NCBI GenBank assembly: GCA_951406725.2 | Contig: OX597814.1 | Coordinates: forward strand, 51,150,001-51,214,000 | Length of the DNA: 64,000 nucleotides | Source: Octopus vulgaris | Lineage: Eukaryota | Reading direction: 5' to 3' | Shown here: positions 11,371 through 24,840 of the stretch, one piece after another | Position numbering within the stretch: position 1 is the first letter of the stretch | How the letters are laid out: every line of letters starts with the position of its first letter | Program-made: the position numbers and the translations under genes | The notes under the pieces: generated by a model | Told to the model about the DNA's origin: nothing | The model's input: only the letters and a program-made list of their open reading frames with translations | Databases searched by the model: none

Positions 11371-14300
11371 GTAAGTAAACATTTCCAAAATTGTTAAAAG
11401 AAATGTCAGGCTGAAAGAAAAAAAGGTGCATTCTCGAATATGTTTCAGGAAGACACTTTTCTTCGCGTATCTATTTATTATCTTTTTCGCAATCCATTGG
11501 ATCCTTTAAATTGTTTGATCGTTGCTGTTAATGCTGTTAGCACAATATTTTGTTTACCTTTTATTCGTGATAAAAGATTATGCTTGAATTATTGAAACCA
11601 CGCTATTACAATCCCGATATTAGTCTGAATGTGTACTTCGTCATTTGCAACACCACACCTTGTTGAATAAGAGAAACTTGAAATAACAATTAAATTTTGT
11701 TTCACACTCTGGCTTACCGTCACGTCTGAGATTTTCAGTAGTGGGGAAATAGGAATATGCAATGTTCATAACTTTTTTAATTCTAGGGGTACAGTTAATG
11801 AAAGCATGAGCTGTTTTATATGGTAATCGAAAGTGGAACGAAAACTGGCTTCGGCGAAAACCTAATGTTGTTCTCATCACAATGTTTACAACAGCAATTG
11901 TTTTGTTTTTTTTAGTTCACATCAAGTGTTAGGGAAGGGCATGGTCAAACTATACCTGTAATTTTAACATCGACACCAGGAAAATGACAAGTCGACCTTA
12001 CCTGTAATTATATTAATCGCTATCACCTAAAATATTTTTGATTTGTTGATTTTCATTTTGTTACCCATACAGTTTAGACTGACAACTATAGAATTTAATT
12101 TTTCTTTATTTCTTTCCTCGTGTCCTTTATACCAGTCAGTGAAACTTGCAATTATTCCTGAATAAAATATATTTACTTATATTTTAGATTTGTTAATCTT
12201 AAAAACCCTTTTCTTACTGAAAACGCAATATCTTTTCCTTTAGTAAAGCTATATCTGTCTATGAGTTATCGTTATTTATTCATAGTTTCTAAAATATTTG
12301 ACACTTGTCTTATTTCAAATATATCCGAAACACCTTAATATCCCACTGGTGTTATTGTGCATTATGTAGGGTTACTATAGAGAAATTATATTTAATATAA
12401 GCCAAGTAAGTAACATAAAATTAGATTGATTTTAACCTAGGTTTCTTTTTCAATGAAAATCACTGCTTAATGTTTACACTTCTACTCTGTTATGAGAGTA
12501 TTTTAAAGCAAGAAAAGCTTCTTTAGCCCTGCAGAAATATTTTCAACTATAGTGAATTAAAATTTTAAATATTTTTTAATTATAAATCAGCTGGAAAGAA
12601 GGCTGATTTTTGGCTTTCCTATTTGGCCCCACATGTCTGCAGAACTTTTTTTTTTGTTTTTCGACAAAGCATAAAGTCACTATTTGAAGGAGAGGATGTA
12701 TTGTCCACTGAATCGATTATAGTATATTACTGGTACTATTTTATAGATTCTCGGAGAAATGGCTTAATATCACGGACTACCATAATGTAAAATAGATGGA
12801 GGAAACTAAATATTGTTGTGCATTTAGTTAAGATCCCTACTGTTTCATGAATAACTACCGTTCCTCTTTAAATAACTACTGGATGCTCTCAACTTGGCGC
12901 AAAGGACCTGCATATTAGATTAGACAGAAATAGAAAATTATGACTCATTCTTTTCCAAAATACATTGGGTGTGTGAAGTGAAATGGTTTTGTCGTAGAAC
13001 CGAAATTACGTTCCGGGATCCAATTGTAGAGAGTTTACCCCTTTTACGGCAGTCTCTACTTTTTTCTTAATTTATTATGAACCGCACCCAGACCCCAATG
13101 TGTTTGAACGTTCTCCGCATGTCATATATCATCGCAATTTGGCCTTGAGTAATATGATATTGGACTGAAATTTTAGCAACACACGCTCAACAGCTGACTA
13201 ATAATTGATTTGGTGCTAAGTTTCTAGCCAAGGCCATAATTTACTACGTGAAACCGCTGTTATTATTATCTTTTCGCTTATCAATTGCCACATGTTCATA
13301 CCCTCCTTCATTTCTCATTGTAAACTCAGCTGTATTCATGTTATAAATCGTAAACAAAACAATCACTATTTTTCGATTCCCCGTTTTCTCCTACTATTGG
13401 TTTCTAATATTGGCCCAAGGCCATAGCCCATTGGGGACAATATGGTCCATTAAATCGATCTCAGTAGTCGATGAGTACCTTTTTATTGACCCCGGAAGGA
13501 TGAAAGAAGTAATAATTATTTGACATTAATTATTTGCACTAATAATCTTTTAATAGTCAACTCTAATCGAATAGTCCTATGATTAAAAATATTCTAAGTC
13601 TTTTTTAGAATCATGTATGACCACATATGCGATTTGGCCTTTCTTTATTCAGATGGCAGGGTGTGATTTGAGGAAAGTTTGGTTACTAATCTTAGAGCAA
13701 TCATATAGATGTTTTCTCATTTCCTCTTTCACTATTTCTTTTTTTGTTTGTTTTTAGTTTTGTTTTTTGAAAGACGGTGCATTAAAGTATTTTACATTGT
13801 CTATCAACATTCTGAGTTCAACTACTGCTGAAGTCAGCTTTGTTCTTTATCTTTCTATGTTTGATAAAATATAGGAACAAATCATCCATCTTCAACATAC
13901 TTCAGTGAAATTAGGCTTTAAAGTTGGTTTGGATTTGGAGGAAGAGTTTGTGCACTTGACCTTCGCAGAAGCAGCTTCTCCTTTCTGCCAGATTGGTGAG
14001 ACTGACACAGATCATAAATAGTTGTAAGATGGTAGTTCCAGAAAAAATCATGGGCAGGGAGCATATTACATAGAGTTGACATTTTGAGAAGGTAGAAGTG
14101 GACTTATGGTTAAGTAAGGGTCTAGGAGTAGGGATGGTCACAGAATAGGTGATTAGAGGTGGAGAGACAAACGTGTGATAATAATGAGACCATCCAGCTC
14201 TGAGGAACAGAACTTATTAGGAAAACCACTAAGAGGCGTCAGCAAATAAGTGGGCCAGAGTGTTGGTGAGTCACTGCTTGCCAATCAGTTGGATGACCTT

Positions 14301-14380
14301 GTTTAGGGTGCAATCTCAAACATCTGTGTGCATATATGTAGCAGTAGCACCATTCTATTTGTGGGTTTCATCTGAGCTTT

Positions 14381-14711
14381 TATTTACATTATTTACAATT
14401 GACGGATATTTGTCCTCATCTTGTTTATCTACGCCATATGCCCGTGGGCATATAGTGTAGTGGTTAAGAGCACAGGCTACTAACTCCAAGATTTGGAGTT
14501 CGATTCCAAGCAGTGACCTGAATAATAATAATAGTAACATAGAAAAATACCTTAGGAATGAGAACCCAGGTTCGAAATTTCCCCAAGACACCTGATGAAG
14601 GCTGGAGGGTATATCAGCCGAAACGTGTTAACAAGAAACAAGACGAGGACAAATATCTGTCAATTGTAAATAATGTACATAATTCCTCATCTCTTAAATA
14701 TAGAACTGTAT
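14381..14711 (+). mobile_element. tRNA-headed SINE with hammerhead core and inverted 3' tail (Penelope-type insertion), 13-bp TSD
   Basis: TSD TCATCTGAGCTTT on both sides. 14381-14426 is the reverse complement of ~14636-14682. tRNA head GGGCATAT..GTAGTGGTTAAGAGC..GGAGTTCGATTCC; CTGATGA-A-GGCTG/CAGCC-GAAAC at 14592-14624. Confidence 0.75.
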
Positions 14712-15437
14712 CATCTGAGCTTTGTAGAGTATAAGTGGTTGTTGGAAGCTGAAGTATTTTCTGATCGTGAAGAGAAAGGTCAATCTTTGATAAGATGATG
14801 TTCATATTTTTGAGTGGCTGGGATCCAATATCATGTTCTTTTTTTTATGTGTATTATGTTCTACAGCTGAGACAACCATGACTCCTTTTGAGGAAATTTT
14901 CAAGATCTCTGCACATACAGTCAGGGCATGTTTGGTGTGAAGCATCAAGGCTGAATGTTGGAGAAGGTTGTTGTTAATGGCTGTCTTCAATAAGTAGAAG
15001 CGAGTGTGATAAGATGATAATTGGCATGGTCAGAGAGATTGTCCTTCCTGGGGGTGGGACACACTGCACTGTGATACCAAAGCTTGCAATGTATCCTGGT
15101 TTGTTGGCTATTTTTAATATTAAATAAGGAAGAAAAATTATCTTTGGAAAATTATTAGAAACAAGTTAATTAAGAATCATGTGTATCACAGCATTCTCAA
15201 TTTATGGCTTCCATCTTTTGTGAGAAAACAAAATCTCTGATATTTTAAGACAACCTTTCTGAGCTATCAAATCACAGGATGAAAACATAAAGCTTGTCAT
15301 TGATATCTAGTTTTTAATACTACACCAGGAAAGTTACTTATCTCACTTTAGTCCCTGCATCAAGTCTGAAAACTTAGAAGTTGATTTAGCTTAAGATTTG
15401 ATATTTTAATGGGAACAATTTATAAATAAAGCAAACA

Positions 15438-15656
15438 TTAACGCTGTAACATTCAGATTACTCTGCAGAATGTAATGTTTATCATTTCACATTGTTTTGA
15501 ATTAATCATGCACTCTTTTGTAACTTGATGATGTGGTTATTTATTTTTAGAATGACATTGTAGGATAGATGTGAGAGGTTGGATCTGGTTGGTTTGAACA
15601 TAAAACAGATAGAATATTTGGGTCAGATATGGCCAGTTTAAATGCCAAAGGGTTAA
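15438..15656. mobile_element. piggyBac-like non-autonomous MITE (TTAA ends)
   Basis: Ends ..AAATGCCAAAGGGTTAA with a degenerate TTAAC.CT.TA.CATT left end. Homologous partial copies at ~31310-31425 and ~51825-52036. Confidence 0.6.
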
Positions 15657-17029
15657 ATATAGTTTAATTATTTTTTGGTTTATGCTTTTAATAATTTTAG
15701 GAAAAGTTGATAGAAATCTTAGAAAGGAACCACTTTGAATTATAGATATCTCTTCCACAAAATGGTTCTATTTGTAATGGAGATATTGCATGATATAGAT
15801 TACTGTAGCAAACATTGTCCCAAACTGGATCATGGAAATGCACCCTAACACTGATCCCAACTTCTAATCTGTAGCAAGTCAAGATATTTTCTGTTGGTTA
15901 ACTTCGCTGATAAGCTGAAACTCATATGACTATCAGAATATATCCAAAGAGAAGTAAAAAAATATAATTGATTGATAGAAAAAGACAAACATTTCTACAA
16001 AGGTTTTTGCAAAACTAACTGTTGAGTTAGCCATGTAAAAAGCAAACATAAAAAAAAAATACAAATATACAACTATAGTGATCTGGCTGGTTTGAACATA
16101 AAATAGAAAGAATATTTGAGTTAGATGGCCAGTTTAAATTATATCATTCAATCTGATGGGGTGGTTGTGATTGGAGCATCCTTGATCATAGGCTTATAGG
16201 ATCAGGGCTGATGTGGAGCTAAACAGCAACAATTCCATTGTATCCTCTATGCTACACAACAAGAAAACCATTTTAAGCTACATGCAAAAATGGATATGTT
16301 AACTTTTATAAAGGCATTCCTGAATAGTTCAGAAATAGAGGAGTAGATGTCATTTGGATAAACTACTGATTTCCTAGCAGTTGTTTCACTGCCTCTTGGT
16401 AGGACACTTCATTCTAAATTTTCTCTGTTCACATAGACCATTGTTGTTTAGCCATTGGTCAGAGCTGATCCAAGATATTCCAGCAATGACCATTCTACCT
16501 GTATTTTTAGACAATGTATCTAGGACCACTTTATCCAATGTGTCCTTCCTTTTTATAACATGATAAGGTGTTATTTCAGGTAGATTTGGCTTCATTTCTA
16601 ACAAGTCAAGCAACTGCATACGGTCTCCCTCATTGGTTCGTGTTCATCTCAGTGTCAGGAATAGGAAACTTTCTGCTGGAATAACTTTATTTCATATTGT
16701 CTTCATGCTCTGGAATACATCTTAGTAAGTAATATGAAATCAGTTCAACAAATTACTGTAAGGATGTATAATTAGTAAAAATATCATAAAAGATTGTTTC
16801 AGTGTGCTTTTATTTTTAATTTTTATTTTTTAAACCAGGACTGGGTGCCCTTAAATGTATATTGTATAGGTTAATCTACATATGTAGACATGCAGTATCT
16901 TTTATTGCCTTTTATTATAGCACTTAAAATGATGTAACCAAATGACATACTTATACAGTGTCGAATTTTCTTTTTTCCAGCTAATCCTCTAGTTGTAGCC
17001 TGCTTTATAAGCAGTTTCAAATCGTCTCA

Positions 17030-17609
17030 ATGGCTACAGGATCTCCTTTAAGCAATTCTCAGCTTGTTTATTATTTTCGAGGCCTGCCTTATTCTTCAAA
17101 CTTAACTTCAAATTTGGGATCTCAAGTCCAGAATTTGTTTCCATTGTTGAGACCTAGTTCCCACAGCAGTTTAAGAAGCAGTGAACCTTTGGCAAGTTCA
17201 GTCAGAAATAATTCACTGAGCAATAATAATAGTTCCACTCCTCATCTTTATCCACAACAATCTATGGTTATTAACATGGACCCACTTGCTAACAGAGACA
17301 CAGTTAACACAAACTTTGATCTTAATGGTATATCAACTAACAGTAATAATCCCACTGAAGGTGTTTCAAGTGGGAACAATTTAAATGGATACCAGCAGCA
17401 ACAACAACAACAACAGCAACAGCAACCACAGCAACAACAGCAGGATTTACTTGGCCTCAGAAATATTTCACATGGTCAACATGCACATGCTCATCATGAA
17501 CATAATACTGACAATAGATCAGACTGGCGTATTGTATTCAAATTGTTACAGAAATCTGGAATATTCGCAGTTATTCTTTTTATAAAAGTTATGTATGATC
17601 ACAGACTTG
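17030..17609 (+). CDS. RNFT2: RING finger and transmembrane domain protein (RNFT1/2-like), first coding exon
   Basis: Acceptor TTTTTTCCAG at 16980; ATG 17030 with upstream in-frame TAA; low-complexity polyQ/His N-terminus ending ..KLLQKSGIFAVILFIKVMYDHRL(G); donor G|GTAAGT, phase 1. Confidence 0.85.
17392..17442 (+). repeat. Coding CAG/CAA repeat (polyglutamine)
   Basis: Encodes a Q-run interrupted by one Pro inside the RNFT exon. Confidence 0.9.
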
Positions 17610-19702
17610 GTAAGTACATTCCTTTTACTTCCTTATATGATTCTTTATATCCTATTTAAATATTGATATCAAATTTTGGCAAAAGGCCAGCAAATGACCC
17701 CAAAAGGATGAAAGGCAAAGTTGACTCCAAAAGCATTTGAACTCAGAAATATAAAGTCAAATTAACGATTCTGCCAGCTTGCCGCCTTATCCGATTTAAA
17801 TATTTGGTGATGTGAGTTAGAGTTCATCCTAATCATCATCATCATCATCATCATTGTTTTAATGTCCACTTTTTTATACTTGCATGAGTCAGACTGAATT
17901 TGTTTAGGCAGATTTTTACAGCTGCATACCCTTACTGTTGCCAACCCAAATCTGTTTCCAAGCAAGATAATATTTCCCCTTGATTAAACATGTTTTCACA
18001 GAAGATTGGTGACACTCATTTACAATTGACATGCCATGTTTAGGTGAGGAGACAGTAACACACATACGCATGCGCGACTTCTTTCAGTTTCTGTCTAGCA
18101 ATCCACTCATACAGCTTTGATCAGTTCAAGGCGATTGTAGAAGACTTTTGCCAAAGATGACACACAATGAGACTGAACCCTGACCATATGTTTAGGAAGT
18201 AAACTTCTTACCACACAATTATGCCTTATATTTAGAGCCACTGGAGGCACAAAGTAATAGCAATAATTGAATTATTAGAAGGCAACTAAAGAGTTGATTT
18301 TCACAAGAGTAGAAGTGTAATTTCTTTCTTTGTTTATTTTGTTGTAAAAGTTATTTCTTTAATGTGGACATATTTAGATAGAAGATTTGGGTTCTGCTAA
18401 AAAGTGCATCGTTATGTTCTTGATTAATATGAAAATGAATGCTAAAAGTTATTATATACACAGTACCTTACAAAACACAAATCTATTGAATTTTATAGTA
18501 TTGTTGTTGTTTAACCCCAAGTCAGTCATGATCCAGTAAACTTATGATTAAAGTTGTACCAACTCTGACCATCCTGTCATCTATTCAAACTAAATAGTAG
18601 TGCTTCCTTATCATATCAAATATCCTTTTTACTAAAGTGGGTTTGAGGGGGATTTGTCTGATATTTTTAACATGTCCAATGGCTGTGTAGGCAATTTGCC
18701 ATTTGCCCAATTAACATATATACATATTAATATATGTTAATATAAATATATATTTTTTTGAGCACCTGTATTTACTGACCAGTATCATTATGAATTGTCC
18801 TCATGTCCCAATTTATTTGTTTTCCATCCCTAATCTTTTAATTAATTCTTCATAACTACCCAACAATGAAAACACAACCTACTTTTAATTATTATTTGTT
18901 GTTGAGTATCAATTATTTTCCTTCTTCATAACATTGTTAGGTACCAGGTGTTAGTCGTGTGTTATTTTACACCTGTCTTACCTTGTGAGACAGATGTGAT
19001 AGTTAAAAATTTACTGGGGAAATTGCACAGAATTGGAAGGAGAAGTGTAAAAAGAGTATAATATTGTGGAAGGAAAAAAACTTCTTTCACTGAAGGAAAT
19101 AACCAGCCACTTGTTTGCCATTTTCCTTCCCTGTGAGGTTGGTGATAGCTATTCTGGATCAAAGTTTGGAAACAGATGTTGCAGTAAAAATTTATTGTCA
19201 GTCATGGAAAATAAGATCACAGAAATCACTACAGCATAAAGGAGAGGTCTTACCAAGTCAAGTAAGTTTCCCCCAGGTTTAATTCCTGGTTGAAGCTAAA
19301 ACACCTCAGTCCACATTACTAATGCTATCGAGAAACACTTGAATGTCAGTCAGACATTTTCACCTTTGTTAATTAGTGGTGCCATGGTTCATTGAAGAAT
19401 GCTGTGGCTTTTTGGACAATGGCGTGAACATCATTTCACTCAAACAGGAGATTATATTGCGTCATTGGATTAAAAACACTAAAAAACTTTATCCGGAAAA
19501 GCGGTGTGTGTGTGTATCATCATCATCATCGTTTAACATCTGCTTTCCATGCTAGCATGAGTTGGACGATTTTGACTGGGAGCTGGGGAACCAGATAGCT
19601 GCATCAGGCTCCAATCTTGATCTGGCAGAGTTTCTACAGCTGGATGCCCTTCCTAACGCCAACCACTCCGAGAGTGTAGTAGGTGTTTTTTACGTATATA
19701 TG

Positions 19703-20005
19703 TATGGCTTAGTGGTTAGGGTATTCAGCTTGTGATCGTAGGGTCATGAGTTCAATTCCCTACAGTGCAAGACAGTTTATTTCTCATAGCTCCAGTCTAC
19801 TCAGCTGGCAAAAATTAGTAGTACCTGTATTTCAAGGGGCCAGCCTTGTCACAGTTTGCGTCATGCTGAATCTCCTTGCGAAATGTGTAAAAATGGGTAC
19901 ATGTGTCTGTGGAGTGCTCAGCCACTTGCACGTTAATCTCACGAGCAAGCTGTTCTGTTGATTGTATCAGCTAGGACTCTCGTCGTTGTAACCGACGGAG
20001 TGCTT
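19703..20005 (+). mobile_element. tRNA-derived SINE
   Basis: TATGGCTTAGTGGTTAGGG..GAGTTCAATTCC head; GCTCCAGTCTACTCAGCTGGCAAAA body shared with the 4091 copy. Preceded by an RTE-tail fragment at ~19517-19695. Confidence 0.6.
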
Positions 20006-20379
20006 CTTAATATACATACGCATATAAAATGATAAATTTGTTTCATAACTTGAAAACATGCAAATAACTTATATTATCATGTTTAATAATAAATAAATTA
20101 CTTACACGTCTTCATTATTGCAAAATGCAAAAAATTTGTTCAAAATAATGCAAAATTTGAGGTACACCTTCAAGTGAAAGAAAATCTTTATATATACACA
20201 ATTTGAGGGTATGTATCTGTGTATATTTCTATATATTTATACACTATTGCATCTGCTACATTGACGTATGTAAATCTTTGTAAAGAATATGAGAACATAT
20301 CCGTGTGTCTGTAGACAAACACATAAGTGTGTGTATTTATATATAGATGTATATATATATATATATATAGATGTATATA

Positions 20380-20618
20380 CAGGGTGGGTGGGTGCAAAAG
20401 TGGGTATACAGTTGTGAATGGGGGGAAAAATACGTACAATGCTCGTTTATTTTTATCAAAAAATTTTTGATATTTTCAGTATCATTAATCATAATAATAC
20501 ATTTATCATAACTATGATAATACTGTTATTGTAACTTAATTTTTTTGATAAAAATAAATGAATTTTGTATGTATTTTCTTTTTCCATAACTGTATACCTA
20601 CTTTTGCACGCAATCGTG
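20380..20618. mobile_element. Tc1/mariner-type MITE with ~80-90-bp TIRs
   Basis: GTGCAAAAGTGGGTATACAGTT..TTTATTTTTATCAAAAAA pairs with TTTTTTGATAAAAATAAAT..AACTGTATACCTACTTTTGCAC; flanked by TA. Confidence 0.7.
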
Positions 20619-20626
20619 TATATAGA

Positions 20627-20691
<65 letters not shown>

Positions 20692-20706
20692 ATGATGATG
20701 ATGATG

Positions 20707-21465
20707 ATAGATATAGCTCGTAGGATGAGTTCCTGGATCTTAAGAACTTTCCGGTCCAGAGAACAAGGTGTCATCATACCACTTTTTTCCTCCTTTGTAC
20801 GGCCACACCTTAAATACTGCTGCCCACTGTGGTCTCCCCATACAAGACAAAACATCTCCATAATTGAGTCACCCCAGAGGGCACTCACTAAACGAATTGA
20901 AGGCATGGCTGCTCTCGATTATTGGGATCGCCTTAAAGCCTTGAAACTTTACTCCCTCCAGCATCGCCGTGAGCGGTACATCATTTGTACGATGTGGAGA
21001 ATATACCGCCAACTTTACCCAAACGACCTTAACATTAGCTTCAAGGTTCATCCAAGACTGGGACCACGGGCCATACGTCCCCTGCCCAATTCAAGATCAC
21101 AACATACATGTACACTGCAACATAATTTCTTTTCCTCAACAGGCCCTGCCCTATTTAACATTGTCCCGAGGGAGATCATAGAGGAAAAGGATCCCATCAA
21201 CTTCAAACGGAGTCTGGATAGATTCCTTCAAAGAATACCAGATAAGCCACCCATAATTGGATACAACTCACCCAACAAGAACTCACTACTTGAACAAAAC
21301 TTGATACAACTCACCCAACAAGAACTCACTACTTGAACAAAACTTGACTTAAACAAAACTTGACTTAAACAGGATTCGAATAATCCTATCAGGTGGTGCT
21401 ATTAAGTTAGACATGGCCTGGACCAATCTTTGGTCGAAACATATCTAAGTTTTATCTAAGTTTTT
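20707..21465 (+). mobile_element. 5'-truncated CR1-group (L2/Crack/Daphne-like) LINE 3' end
   Basis: WILRTFRSRE..LFSSFVRPHLKYCCPLWSPH..IESPQRALTKRI..YWDRLKALKLYSLQHRRERY (post-RT domain); ~42-bp tandem duplication at ~21261-21345; 3' stem-loop and (TATCTAAGTTT)n tail. Confidence 0.85.
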
Positions 21466-21639
21466 ATATCTCTATATATATATATATATATCTATATCAT
21501 CATCATCATCATCATCGTTTAGCGTCCGTTTTCCATGCTAGCATGGGTTGGACAGTTCAACTGGGGTCTGTGAAGCCGGAAGGCTTCATCAGGCCTAGTC
21601 AGATCTGGCAGTGTTTCTACGGCTGGATGCCCTTCCTAT

Positions 21640-22193
<554 letters not shown>

Positions 22194-22795
22194 GTTGATA
22201 AACAGCCACGGACGGATGGTGCTTTTTACATGCCACCGGCACGGGGACCAGGCAAGGCTGGCAACGGCCACGATCGGATGGTGCTTTTTACGTGCCACCG
22301 GCACGGAGGCCAGTCGGGGCGGCGCTGGCAACGGACACGGTCGGGTGGTGCTTTTTACGTGCCACCAGCACGGGGGCCAGGCGAGGCTGGCAACGGCCAC
22401 GATCGGATGGTACGCTTACGTGTCACCAGCACTCGTATTGCAGCTGCAATTTCCATTGATGTTGATCGACTTCGATTTTGGTTCTGATTACTGATTTGAT
22501 TTTGATTTCCGATTTCCACTTGCCTCAACGGGTCTTCACAAATGGAGTTTTGTGTCCCAAGAAGGAAAGGTATGCATAAGTCGACTGGCTACATCCTAGG
22601 TAGAGGCCACGGGTAATGGTCTCACTAGTCCTGCTGAGTCTTCTCATGCACAGCATACTTCCATAGGTCTTGGTCTCTAGTCATCTCCTCAGTGAGACCT
22701 AAAGTTCGAAGGTCGTGCTTCACCACCTCGTCCCAGGTTTTCCTGGGTCTGCCTCTTCCACAGGTTCCCTCAACCGCTAGGGTGTGGCACTTTTT

Positions 22796-22839
<44 letters not shown>

Positions 22840-23110
22840 CATACTGTTCTTGTAATGAAAACTAAAAGACATTTCACTCTTTACTGTTTGGGGATGTTAA
22901 TTTGGAGCATCATAAATAAGACTTAGTCTATTCTTTGAACTTTGGAAAATTCTAACTGACTCTTGTTTTGAGTTTTCTCTTTATCTGTTAGCCTATGTCC
23001 TTTTGACATTTCAAAATCTTAGAAGTTTGCTCATAAAGAGTTACATACATACGAATATCTATGTATTTGTTTTGCAAGATTCCTGATGCGAAATCATGTT
23101 GAATCCGATA

Positions 23111-23451
23111 TTGTTATATTTGGAGATTGTCATATTTTTGGCCAATTAACCAGATGCACTCTATATGCTTGTTCTTCACTTCATTATTATTATTATTATT
23201 AGTATTTAGTGTCCTTTGTCTGAAATCTTTTGTTACTCGTCCTGTGACCTCTTCAGTGACTACATCTCGTGTGTCTACTCCTGTCCTGTTTAGTCTCTTC
23301 TGACAGAATGGACTAAACAGAACTGAATGTGTGACAGGGGATTTCAGACAATGTATCCTAAAGTAATAATGATTTTACAATGAAGTGAGGAACAATCATG
23401 TTGAATGCATCTGGTTAATTGGTCAAAAATGACCCATCCCAAATATAACAA
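23111..23451. repeat. Nested imperfect palindrome containing a degenerate HHR-like motif
   Basis: Outer arms TTGTTATATTTGG..CCAATTAACCAGATGCA..TCACTTCATT and its reverse complement; inner pairs TGTCTGAAATC/GATTTCAGACA and CTGTTTAGTC/GACTAAACAG. Confidence 0.7.
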
Positions 23452-24603
23452 CATATACATGAATGTCTGTGCCACAGAATCTCCCTAAACTAGACACCAA
23501 TAGCTAAGCATTGTCTAAGTCTAATTAGGTTACCTAATGAAGAAAACCAAACAATATCAAAGTAAGCAATCCCCACAAACAATGGATCTACAAACTTTGC
23601 ATTTTATAAGAATGAAGGACAACCCAGAATGAAGAAATTCACAGCTGAGCATAATATATGTGTCTCCCCATCATCAGCTGCCCAAACAGATATCATTGTG
23701 GTTTTGACACCTGGACAGTACCATTCAATCTGGCATTGTCCACAGTATTAAAAATATCATATTCCAAAGTCTGTTTTGATGTAACGGTAAGCTTTGGCTA
23801 ATTGCAATTCCGATCCCGGGCTAGAATTACTTCTTACTTCTAATAATGGTCTAAAAAATGGAATATTCTTCACATCATTCATGGTTTTGATACTATTATT
23901 GCTATTGTTATGGTCATCGTTACTGCCATATGTCTGTCTTTTTCTTTATTCAATATCATTTTCTCTACAAAGGCAGCAAGCTGGCAGAATCGTTAGCATG
24001 TTGGGCAAAATGCTGGCCTTGTACTAAAATTTGAAACTAATATGACTCTCTCTACAATTTAAATTGTAGCAGAAGTTCGCCATTACCTTCTGCCGGAGCA
24101 GCTTAATGGAAGTAGCTGACAGAATAAATTTGAGAACAAAAGTTCTTGAAGGTAGTACCCCAGCATGGCTGTAGTCTAAGGACTAGATCAAATAAATGAT
24201 AAAAGATCACCAACTAGATATGGAACCTTAAGTTTTTAGGGTAGCTAGTATTGGAAGTTAATCTCAAGGCTGTGGACTGTGAAAGTAAGTTAAAATAGCA
24301 ATGACTGATTATCAAGATTGGCTGATGAACTTAACTTGTCAAACTCTTATCTCTTACTCTGTTGAAGAGTTTATAAAAATATGTTTTATTGACATAACCG
24401 ACCTGATAAATACAAACAATAGAAAAACTATGTTGTATTTTTTATTCATAAGTATGTATCCAAAAGGGTTTTCCAACCCAGTATTTACATGCTATTATTT
24501 ATAGCTTTATGTGTGCGCTTTGAGATATGCCAAAATAAAGAGTTAGTTCATGTTCTCACCAAAGTTATGATGCCAACTAAATATTCATCATCATCATCAG
24601 CAT

Positions 24604-24835
24604 CTCTTTCTTTACTACCCACAAGGGGCTAAACACAGAGAGGACAAACAATGACAGACAAACAGATTAAGGCGATTATATCGACCCCAGTACGTAACTG
24701 GTACTTATTTAATCGACCCCGAAAGGATGAAAGGCAAAGTCGACCTCGGCGGAATTTGAACTCAGAACGTAGCGGCAGACGAAATACCGATAAGCATTTC
24801 GCCCGGCGTGCTAACGATTCTGCCAGCTCGCCGCC
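24604..24835 (-). mobile_element. tRNA-derived SINE (GGCGGCGAGCTGGCAGAA family), near intact
   Basis: Reverse complement GGCGGCGAGCTGGCAGAATCGTTAGC..GAGTTCAAATTCCGCCGAGGTCGACTTTGCCTTTCATCCTTTCGGGGTCG. Many degenerate copies (~5700-6040, ~17665-17790, ~30278-30420, ~36123-36260). Confidence 0.85.
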
Positions 24836-24840
24836 TTATC

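Noticed and set aside
14446-14520. Functional tRNA gene
   Set aside because: Acceptor and anticodon stems do not pair properly; it is a SINE head.
21400-21450. GACCA-ATCTT-TGGTC-GAAAC at the LINE 3' end as a hammerhead
   Set aside because: No CUGANGA-like core upstream; better explained as the LINE 3' recognition stem-loop.
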